Shown: piece by piece, positions 1-9,467 of the stretch
Layout: each line of letters starts with the position of its first letter
Position numbering within the stretch: position 1 is the stretch's first letter
DNA from: Zygophlyctis sp. KS116
Taxonomy: Eukaryota > Fungi > Chytridiomycota
NCBI GenBank assembly: GCA_054661495.1
Contig: BAAFSQ010000077.1
Coordinates: 1-32,000, forward strand
Length of the DNA: 32,000 nt
Direction of reading: 5' to 3'
Position numbers and translations under genes: made by a program
Notes under the pieces: generated by a model
Told to the model about the DNA's origin: nothing
The model's database searches: none
The model's input: only the letters and a program-made list of their open reading frames with translations

Positions 1-3000
1 TTCAGTTTTAGCTTCAGATTCAGTTTTAGCTTCAGATTCAGCTTCAGTTCAAGGGCCAGGCTCGGATCGGTCCTGGGCAGAGTGAGTTTTTTAAATTAAA
101 TTCCAGTTGTGTATCCCCGCAAAAAGTTGCAAGTAGGTTCCTGTCACCACACCTTAAAGTTGATGCTGATGATTTGGAAAAGAAACAGGCAAAGGCACAG
201 GAATTAAGACAGTCGGCATTGGATATTAAAACAGAACAATGGAAGTCAAAGGCAGGAAAGGTATTTTTTATAAATTCTAAAAAAAAGATTGAGGCTGTAC
301 GTAAAATTCAGGCTGAAAATTTAAAAATGTTAAAGGATTCTTTAGTGGAGAAGCAAAAAAATGCTCAAGTGGTATTTATAATGACCTGAAATATTAGCAA
401 CGTTCACTCTATTTAAATTCTAGGAAATGGGAAGGTTCTTCTATTCCTGGGTATTTTCAAATACTTATAAATAGGTCGCCAGTAAAAGCTATTGAGACTG
501 CTGAGGAAGAAAAGGATGAAGATGATGACTCTAATCGTAGAATGCATACGACTTCTATGCAGGTCGCTGCCATGGAGCGTCGTAAATTACAGGAAGAGCA
601 AAAAAGTTTGAAACGGGCGCAGGATGATCAAAAGCGTCGTAATATGGAGGCTAAAAAGGCTGAAGAAAGGCAAAAAAAAGATGCTGATAAACTTGCCCAA
701 AAACAAGAAAAAGTATAATGAAAAATTTAAAGAGTAGTTGCGTCGAATAGAAGAAATTAAGATTTCAAAGCAAGCCGAAGAAGATTCATTTGTAAGAATT
801 CAAATGTTTAATGAGTAGAGAAAAGAACTGGAAGAAAGGCTAGAGAAGGGCTCAAAGAGAAAAGAAGAACAAATGCGACAGGTGCGCCAAAAGGCTGCTG
901 CTGCCAATGAACAAGCTAGAGTAAGATCATCGCTAATTCAAGCATGCCGCTCTAATCCAGACAGTCAAGTTTGTTTAGTTTGCAATGTTGAGGTATTTTC
1001 GTAAATTTTGATCGTAGTTTCATCAAGATGATTTGCTTGCGCATAATGGTCATGAAATTTATCAAAGTGGTCGTAGTCCATCACCGCAGCATGTTTTGGC
1101 ATACGAAGGAAGTAAGAGTTGTTTAGTTCTCATTATATAGTGATTCCAAATGACAGATCCAAACTTTTAAAGAAGAGAATACGGAAGATCAGACAGGTTT
1201 GAATAATTCTAAATTTACATGCTTAGAAACTTCGAGAGAATGGAGCAGATTATATTTATATGCAAGAGCCACAAGATGGATCTAAACTTGCGATATTGCC
1301 GATATCACAAAATCTGATTCCTATATTTCAACAAGTACATTTAACTCGCACATTCAAGCATGACTCTAGTTCAACTGACTCAAGTCTGCGCGATTTATGT
1401 ACATTAATAGAGACAGATGTATTTTTGCTTCATTTCTAATTAAAAGGATCTTGCAAACTCTCTATACTTTTTTTCTTCGGGTCTAGTTAATGCTTTGGTT
1501 TTGGCATGCTCTTCTGTTGATGCAATGGGTAGACCCACACTGCCTCTAGAGTACATTATTAAAGTCTAATTTTAAGTGTACTTAATATGTGTACAAAGGC
1601 TCTTCAATATGCAACCCGTCAACACATTGCAAATGCTGAATTTCTTTTGTGTAATGAGAATATTTTGCTGTTGGAAATCATCGAAACACTCTCAAGAGTA
1701 ATGCATTATTGTACTCCTACTTCTGATATTTGCTTGATTGTAGCTTCAAGGCTTATGTCTATTATTACATCATGTCTTCTTTTGGAGGCTACAGAGCTTA
1801 TATCTACTCAAGAAACTATCATTAGGTGATATTTTTATGCTGAATTCATAGTTATTTATTAAATATTGACCTTGTCCAGAAAATTAGAAATTTTTATATC
1901 ATAGTTCACGGCCCAGTCACTTCAGATTCACCAATTCTGTCGTTTTTAAAAGATAGTAGCAGTCTTCTGCAAGCAATGACCAAATGTAGAAGGTGAATGA
2001 TGTTTTTCTAAACCGCAGTAGCTTACCAGTCTATTCTAGTCAAAAGATCTCAAACGGAAGCAACCATGATTTATTCTTAAAAGCATTTTTTGAAACCGAT
2101 TTAGTATGTATTATTACTATGCTTGACGCTCTACTTCTATTTAAAGGTGGACCAACTATATCTGCTGTTGAGCAAACATTACCGGAAGATTTAATTTATA
2201 TATCATATATGGGAATCAAGACACTTAATCAATTCTTTAATTATGACTTAATAATGGTAAATGCAAAGAAATTACTTATGCAAACCTTGGGGAAGCATGT
2301 GACAAAAAAAAAGGTGTATTATGCAAAAATGGTAACAACTGTGAGAATAAAAAATGTTGTATTAAGGACGGGAAAATTGTTACTAAATCTCAAAAAAGTG
2401 ACTGCTGACATGCGCTGCTGGGACAGACTTTAAAACTTTAAAAAAATGAAATTATCTCTCTTCACTCTGATTGCTTTTCTTTCGATTCCTATGGCAACTA
2501 CTGCAAAACTTAAAGTTGATGAAAAATGTTCCGCTCCAAATGCTTGTGCCAGTGGTCTTTATTGTGGTATCTACTCAATCAATCTTAAATGCAGAAGGCA
2601 TGCGCTTACAACTTTTCCATTTGGTAGTCTTCTGGATATATTATTGGAAGTCGCATGTATCATCATCCATCAATTTGGATAATCTTTTTCATGAAGTACT
2701 ACTTCTCCTTGGCTATACTTCCCTTTCAGACACACGTGGTCAAGAGATGCTCAGATTCGGACAAGGTACAGCCATCATCACCGTCTTGGCAGATTTAGAT
2801 TTTCATTATTATCTGGATCCAAGGTATATTTATTTACTATTGATATTAACTTTAAGACTGAAGGAGATCCTTTTCCCCACATTAATCAGTGCTATTTTCC
2901 AAGATGAATTAAATATCTCAATTTTAGAAGAAGACTTATCATTAGAGTTCTTGAAAGAGTTTATAGAAAATAGGCCTTTAGAATTGAAACTGGACCCGCG

Positions 3001-3061
3001 ATTCGCTCTCGAAAATCGCATACCAAGTCATTTTTTGGCTGAGATCCTAACCAGGCATTGA
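1..3061 (+). CDS. SCAPER: SCAPER-like protein (S-phase cyclin A-associated protein in the ER); 5' end outside the window, many mini-introns, interrupted by a 316-bp insertion at 2254-2569
   Basis: Spliced translation gives SWAD..LEKKQAKAQELR, a long K/E/R coiled coil and a CLVC..H zinc-finger-like segment (about 970-1050). C-terminal motifs ETDLVCIITML, QSILNAEG, LFHEVLLLLGY, YYLDPRLKEILFPTLI and ALENRIP match the SCAPER C-terminus as I recall it. Example introns: 82-106, 261-287, 372-397, 451-474, 2824-2856. Confidence 0.82.
2..49 (+). repeat. Short coding tandem repeat (18-nt unit TCAGTTTTAGCTTCAGAT, encoding SVLASD)
   Basis: Two full copies plus a degenerate third at the window start, in the SCAPER frame. 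Confidence 0.7.
2254..2569 (+). other. 316-bp TA-bounded insertion in a SCAPER exon carrying a circularly permuted small secreted Cys-rich gene
   Basis: TA occurs at 2252-2253 and 2568-2569. Removal gives ..NYDLISTQSILNAEG.. in frame. Internally, the Cys-rich C-terminal half (2254-2408) precedes the signal-peptide N-terminal half (2446-2569). Confidence 0.8.
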
Positions 3062-3141
3062 AGTTGGAGGATATTAAAGATAAAATAATGTTTCATACTA
3101 AAACTTTTAATGTAAACTATTAATGAATTTATTGAGTTTCA

Positions 3142-3689
3142 CTAGATCAAATAGCAAAGATTGAAGAATATCATTAATCCTATCAAACTTGTTTCATATG
3201 CTAACTCAGCAGATGAGGTTGCTTGAGGTTTTGCAGTAACAGCAGATGTAAGATTACTTGGGATCTTTGCAGTTGCAACCAACAGCTTTGTTTCTTGATC
3301 AAACAGACGGAATTCACTGAAATCTCTAAAGGAGACTTGTGCTCCTGCGACACTTCTAAACTTGAATGTTTGCTCTCCATTTGATGCTGATGGATTAATA
3401 TTATCATCGGACAATGTCACACCATCTGCATTATCTCCCATGCCTCCATACCACTTACTGGTGCGAGCATTAAAGAATGTGAAATTAGTAACCTTAAACT
3501 ATGCATTAGATCTTTATAACTTACAGTACAACCATCAACAATCTGAATATTTCCAGACACTTGAATAGGAGAAGCCGTTAATACCTTTGTGATTGGAATA
3601 GTGATTGGTCCTTTAACATCTGATGGATCACATTTGGAGTAAGAACTGACCAATCCTAAGAAGGCAATAATAATCGCTGCAGAGATCAT
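3142..3689 (-). CDS. Secreted, probably GPI-anchored protein with a divergent DM13-like domain (paralog A, copy 1)
   Basis: Signal peptide MISAAIIIAFLGLVSS and a 26-nt intron at 3499-3524. VSGNIQIVDGCTFKVTNF..WYGG resembles the DM13 N-terminal strands. It ends in an S/T/A linker and a hydrophobic C-terminal tail. Confidence 0.7.
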
Positions 3690-3819
3690 TTTATTTTTTT
3701 CAAAAGTCTTTGAATAGATTTTGTATTTTTAGCTGACCTTGTTTCCAATCCCTAAAAATAGCCAAATTATACTCTTATATAAATAAATACAAAATTGTAC
3801 AATAAGTTTATTGTCTGTT

Positions 3820-4493
3820 TTATAATGCCAAAAGCATCATCAATAGTCCGACAAGATCGGATGGATTAGCCGTAAATGCACTAGAATCAATACCGGTGGG
3901 ACGTGATGTCGGATAGTTTCCATTTCCAACACCAGTTGATTTTGGCCCAGAAGATCCTGTTCCTGTTCCTGTTCCAGTAGATCCTGTAGTTCCTGTTCCA
4001 GTAGATCCTGTAGTTCCAGTTCCAGATGATCCTGTTCCTGTACTACTTCCTAGTCCAGATAAAACGCTTGCTGGAACTGCAGCAGTGGCGATAAGTGTCT
4101 TTGTAGAATCATCAAAAAGACGGAACTGGTTAAAGTCTCTGAATGATACTTCTGATCCAACAACATTTCTAAATGTAAATGTCTGACCTCCAGAAGGATT
4201 AACTACATCATCAGCTACAGTAATCCCAGCTGGACCAGATCCCATCCCTCCATACCATTTAGCAGTTCCAGAATTTGTAAGCGAGAATCCAACAACTTTA
4301 AACTATGCATTAGATATTTATAACTTACAGTACAACCATCAATAATTTCAATACTTCCAGACAATTGAATGGGAGATGTTATTAAAACCTTGGTGATTGG
4401 AATAGTGATGGGTCCCTTGACATCTGATGGACTACATTTGGAGTAAGCTGAAACTGCACTTAAGACTGAAGCTAACACTGCGATTGAGATCAT
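3820..4493 (-). CDS. Secreted, probably GPI-anchored DM13-like protein with a Gly/Ser/Thr stalk (paralog B, copy 1)
   Basis: ATG at 4493 (MISIAVLASVLSAVSA) and a 26-nt intron at 4303-4328 in the same position as paralog A. Contains GTGTTGST repeats and a hydrophobic tail LVGLLMMLLAL. Confidence 0.72.
3950..4050 (-). repeat. Low-complexity coding repeat (GTGTTGST-type, about 24-nt unit); copy at about 7896-7996
   Basis: Repeated GATCCTGTAGTTCC(T/A)GTTCCAG on the + strand. Confidence 0.85.
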
Positions 4494-4648
4494 TTCTTTT
4501 TTCGAGAGATCTATAAATAGATCATGGCTTAAATCCTGTGATTCTATTATTAGCCAGTCTATTATTAGAAACATCGCATGACCAAATTACATCATAAATA
4601 TTTCTATAGATATCGAGATAGTTAACGATAGCGCTTAATAAATTAAAA

Positions 4649-5436
4649 ATGTACCAAGAGTTGAAGGGAATTTCATTTGAATATGCTCCAGAATTGCCAA
4701 AACTATCGCAGTTGAGTTTTATACAAGTTGCTGCAGAATCGCTACATTCTTTTGCTTTGGAGGAAACAGTAATCAGAGAATATCATGAGCGACTTCAAAC
4801 CATGTCTGCGCTCAAGGACGCCCGTGAATTTAGGAATAAGCAACGGATAGAACATTGGAAACTGCAAGAAATAAGAAAAGCCCCAGGATATTCTGCTAAA
4901 ACTCTTGAGCCGACTCCATCTACAGGCTTAAAGCCAGTCGCTAGCACATCAAAAACGTTTGATCTTGGAGAATTTGAAGCCAATTACTCTGCCGATCCTT
5001 GGGAATTGAATTCAATGGAAAATGAATTAAATGTGCTGCAGGACGTACTATCATCATCGTCCAATCTTACATCAAATGCATCTTCGCCGATCAAACCAAT
5101 TAATGCCATAAACTCTACTAATACAGTTAATATTAGAAAGTTTACTCAAATGGGATTTCTGTCTCAAGATGTGGAAGTTATCATTGACAAGTTTGCAAGT
5201 AAATCGGACTCTGAGGTATTTTTTAAATTTCTAAATTATAGATTATTGAATATCTGGTCAATTTTCAGAATTTAAAGAAACAAGGATTTGTTCAAAAAAC
5301 TATTATTGATGCACTTGAATTATATACTGAATATGAAATAAGAAATAAGTATTGTGGAATGGTTTTATCATTGTCCGATATGGGTTTCGATTATCCATGC
5401 AAACTCTCTATACTTTTTTTCTTCGGGTCTAGTTAA
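4649..5436 (+). pseudogene. C-terminally truncated, chimeric UBAP1-like copy created by the duplication junction
   Basis: Identical to 8595-9343. After MGFDYP it runs out of frame into SCAPER sequence (CKLSILFFFGSS*, TAA 5434-5436). Confidence 0.8.
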
Positions 5437-7007
5437 TGCTTTGGTTTTGGCATGCGCTTCTGTTGATGCAATGGGTAGACCCACACTGCCTCTAGAGTAC
5501 ATTATTAAAGTCTAATTTTAAGTGTACTTAATATGTGTACAAAGGCTCTTCAATATGCAACCCGTCAACACATTGCAAATGCTGAATTTCTTTTGTGTAA
5601 TGAGAATATTTTGCTGTTGGAAATCATCGAAACACTCTCAAGAGTAATGCATTATTGTACTCCTACTTCTGATATTTGCTTGATTGTAGCTTCAAGGCTT
5701 ATGTCTATTATTACATCATGTCTTCTTTTGGAGGCTACAGAGCTTATATCTACTCAAGAAACTATCATTAGGTGATATTTTTATGCTGAATTCATAGTTA
5801 TTTATTAAATATTGACCTTGTCCAGAAAATTAGAAATTTTTATATCATAGTTCACGGCCCAGTCACTTCAGATTCACCAATTCTGTCGTTTTTAAAAGAT
5901 AGTAGCAGTCTTCTGCAAGCAATGACCAAATGTAGAAGGTGAATGATGTTTTTCTAAACCGCAGTAGCTTACCAGTCTATTCTAGTCAAAAGATCTCAAA
6001 CGGAAGCAACCATGATTTATTCTTAAAAGCATTTTTTGAAACCGATTTAGTATGTATTATTACTATGCTTGACGCTCTACTTCTATTTAAAGGTGGACCA
6101 ACTATATCTGCTGTTGAGCAAACATTACCGGAAGATTTAATTTATATATCATATATGGGAATCAAGACACTTAATCAATTCTTTAATTATGACTTAATAA
6201 TGGTAAATGCAAAGAAATTACTTATGCAAACCTTGGGGAAGCATGTGACAAAAAAAAAGGTGTATTATGCAAAAATGGTAACAACTGTGAGAATAAAAAA
6301 TGTTGTATTAAGGACGGGAAAATTGTTACTAAATCTCAAAAAAGTGACTGCTGACATGCGCTGCTGGGACAGACTTTAAAACTTTAAAAAAATGAAATTA
6401 TCTCTCTTCACTCTGATTGCTTTTCTTTCGATTCCTATGGCAACTACTGCAAAACTTAAAGTTGATGAAAAATGTTCCGCTCCAAATGCTTGTGCCAGTG
6501 GTCTTTATTGTGGTATCTACTCAATCAATCTTAAATGCAGAAGGCATGCGCTTACAACTTTTCCATTTGGTAGTCTTCTGGATATATTATTGGAAGTCGC
6601 ATGTATCATCATCCATCAATTTGGATAATCTTTTTCATGAAGTACTACTTCTCCTTGGCTATACTTCCCTTTCAGACACACGTGGTCAAGAGATGCTCAG
6701 ATTCGGACAAGGTACAGCCATCATCACCGTCTTGGCAGATTTAGATTTTCATTATTATCTGGATCCAAGGTATATTTATTTACTATTGATATTAACTTTA
6801 AGACTGAAGGAGATCCTTTTCCCCACATTAATCAGTGCTATTTTCCAAGATGAATTAAATATCTCAATTTTAGAAGAAGACTTATCATTAGAGTTCTTGA
6901 AAGAGTTTATAGAAAATAGGCCTTTAGAATTGAAACTGGACCCGCGATTCGCTCTCGAAAATCGCATACCAAGTCATTTTTTGGCTGAGATCCTAACCAG
7001 GCATTGA
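5398..7007 (+). pseudogene. 5'-truncated duplicate of the SCAPER C-terminal half
   Basis: Copy of 1452-3061 without the upstream exons; out of frame with the upstream UBAP1-like CDS. Confidence 0.8.
6200..6515 (+). other. Second copy of the 316-bp permuted insertion (inside duplication copy 2)
   Basis: Same sequence at +3946. Confidence 0.8.
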
Positions 7008-7087
7008 AGTTGGAGGATATTAAAGATAAAATAATGTTTCATACTAAAACTTTTAATGTAAACTATTAATGAATTTATTGAGTTTCA

Positions 7088-7635
7088 CTAGATCAAATAG
7101 CAAAGATTGAAGAATATCATTAATCCTATCAAACTTGTTTCATATGCTAACTCAGCAGATGAGGTTGCTTGAGGTTTTGCAGTAACAGCAGATGTAAGAT
7201 TACTTGGGATCTTTGCAGTTGCAACCAACAGCTTTGTTTCTTGATCAAACAGACGGAATTCACTGAAATCTCTAAAGGAGACTTGTGCTCCTGCGACACT
7301 TCTAAACTTGAATGTTTGCTCTCCATTTGATGCTGATGGATTAATATTATCATCGGACAATGTCACACCATCTGCATTATCTCCCATGCCTCCATACCAC
7401 TTACTGGTGCGAGCATTAAAGAATGTGAAATTAGTAACCTTAAACTATGCATTAGATCTTTATAACTTACAGTACAACCATCAACAATCTGAATATTTCC
7501 AGACACTTGAATAGGAGAAGCCGTTAATACCTTTGTGATTGGAATAGTGATTGGTCCTTTAACATCTGATGGATCACATTTGGAGTAAGAACTGACCAAT
7601 CCTAAGAAGGCAATAATAATCGCTGCAGAGATCAT
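7088..7635 (-). CDS. DM13-like GPI-type surface protein, paralog A copy 2
   Basis: Duplicate of 3142-3689; intron 7445-7470. Confidence 0.7.
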
Positions 7636-7765
7636 TTTATTTTTTTCAAAAGTCTTTGAATAGATTTTGTATTTTTAGCTGACCTTGTTTCCAATCCCTA
7701 AAAATAGCCAAATTATACTCTTATATAAATAAATACAAAATTGTACAATAAGTTTATTGTCTGTT

Positions 7766-8439
7766 TTATAATGCCAAAAGCATCATCAATAGTCCGACAA
7801 GATCGGATGGATTAGCCGTAAATGCACTAGAATCAATACCGGTGGGACGTGATGTCGGATAGTTTCCATTTCCAACACCAGTTGATTTTGGCCCAGAAGA
7901 TCCTGTTCCTGTTCCTGTTCCAGTAGATCCTGTAGTTCCTGTTCCAGTAGATCCTGTAGTTCCAGTTCCAGATGATCCTGTTCCTGTACTACTTCCTAGT
8001 CCAGATAAAACGCTTGCTGGAACTGCAGCAGTGGCGATAAGTGTCTTTGTAGAATCATCAAAAAGACGGAACTGGTTAAAGTCTCTGAATGATACTTCTG
8101 ATCCAACAACATTTCTAAATGTAAATGTCTGACCTCCAGAAGGATTAACTACATCATCAGCTACAGTAATCCCAGCTGGACCAGATCCCATCCCTCCATA
8201 CCATTTAGCAGTTCCAGAATTTGTAAGCGAGAATCCAACAACTTTAAACTATGCATTAGATATTTATAACTTACAGTACAACCATCAATAATTTCAATAC
8301 TTCCAGACAATTGAATGGGAGATGTTATTAAAACCTTGGTGATTGGAATAGTGATGGGTCCCTTGACATCTGATGGACTACATTTGGAGTAAGCTGAAAC
8401 TGCACTTAAGACTGAAGCTAACACTGCGATTGAGATCAT
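7766..8439 (-). CDS. DM13-like GPI-type surface protein, paralog B copy 2
   Basis: Duplicate of 3820-4493; intron 8249-8274. Confidence 0.72.
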
Positions 8440-8594
8440 TTCTTTTTTCGAGAGATCTATAAATAGATCATGGCTTAAATCCTGTGATTCTATTATTAGC
8501 CAGTCTATTATTAGAAACATCGCATGACCAAATTACATCATAAATATTTCTATAGATATCGAGATAGTTAACGATAGCGCTTAATAAATTAAAA

Positions 8595-9424
8595 ATGTAC
8601 CAAGAGTTGAAGGGAATTTCATTTGAATATGCTCCAGAATTGCCAAAACTATCGCAGTTGAGTTTTATACAAGTTGCTGCAGAATCGCTACATTCTTTTG
8701 CTTTGGAGGAAACAGTAATCAGAGAATATCATGAGCGACTTCAAACCATGTCTGCGCTCAAGGACGCCCGTGAATTTAGGAATAAGCAACGGATAGAACA
8801 TTGGAAACTGCAAGAAATAAGAAAAGCCCCAGGATATTCTGCTAAAACTCTTGAGCCGACTCCATCTACAGGCTTAAAGCCAGTCGCTAGCACATCAAAA
8901 ACGTTTGATCTTGGAGAATTTGAAGCCAATTACTCTGCCGATCCTTGGGAATTGAATTCAATGGAAAATGAATTAAATGTGCTGCAGGACGTACTATCAT
9001 CATCGTCCAATCTTACATCAAATGCATCTTCGCCGATCAAACCAATTAATGCCATAAACTCTACTAATACAGTTAATATTAGAAAGTTTACTCAAATGGG
9101 ATTTCTGTCTCAAGATGTGGAAGTTATCATTGACAAGTTTGCAAGTAAATCGGACTCTGAGGTATTTTTTAAATTTCTAAATTATAGATTATTGAATATC
9201 TGGTCAATTTTCAGAATTTAAAGAAACAAGGATTTGTTCAAAAAACTATTATTGATGCACTTGAATTATATACTGAATATGAAATAAGAAATAAGTATTG
9301 TGGAATGGTTTTATCATTGTCCGATATGGGTTTCGATTATCCAGATATTAAAAAGGTTTTGATTGAAAGTGAATTGGATTTGAATTTGGCTACAGAGACC
9401 TTAATATCAAAGTATTCTAAATAA
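8595..9424 (+). CDS. UBAP1-like ubiquitin-associated protein (ESCRT-I subunit; C-terminal overlapping UBA repeats), intact copy
   Basis: N-terminal LKGISF, a central FDLGEFE..DPW...ELNVLQDVL motif and three UBA-like MGF/QGF/MGF units. Intron 9162-9187; stop TAA 9422-9424. Confidence 0.65.
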
Positions 9425-9467
9425 TGAACTTAGTCAATAAATAGCATATTGTATTAATAATTCGTTT

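Larger units (their letters stand above)
1452..5397. repeat. Tandem segmental duplication, copy 1 (3,946 bp)
   Basis: All ORFs recur at +3946. The unit starts TGCAAACTCTC (1452, 5398) and ends GATTATCCA (5397, 9343). Confidence 0.98.
5398..9343. repeat. Tandem segmental duplication, copy 2 (3,946 bp)
   Basis: ORF translations are identical to copy 1. One substitution was seen (T1510 vs G5456). Confidence 0.98.

Noticed and set aside
1-49. Telomeric repeat at the window start
   Set aside because: It is an in-frame 18-nt coding repeat continuous with the SCAPER exon.
1796-1811. ATATCTACTCAA at about 1800 matches the reconstructed empty-site junction
   Set aside because: A 12-nt AT-rich match, part of which is ordinary flank; no mechanism can be supported from the sequence alone.
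2254-2569. Tc1/mariner-type MITE suggested by the TA duplication
   Set aside because: The ends (ATGGTAAAT.. / ..TTATTGTGG) are not inverted repeats, and the interior is a permuted cellular-type gene.
2257-2572. Ordinary intron exactly removing the insert
   Set aside because: It begins GT but would end CT, not AG, and is more than ten times the local intron size.
2446-2682. 78-aa ORF as a standalone secreted protein
   Set aside because: Residues after LYCG are out-of-frame SCAPER sequence; its natural continuation lies upstream at 2254.
4508-4523. GATCTAT-AA-ATAGATC palindrome and nearby GATA words in the divergent promoter
   Set aside because: Short and AT-rich, so plausible by chance; no independent support.
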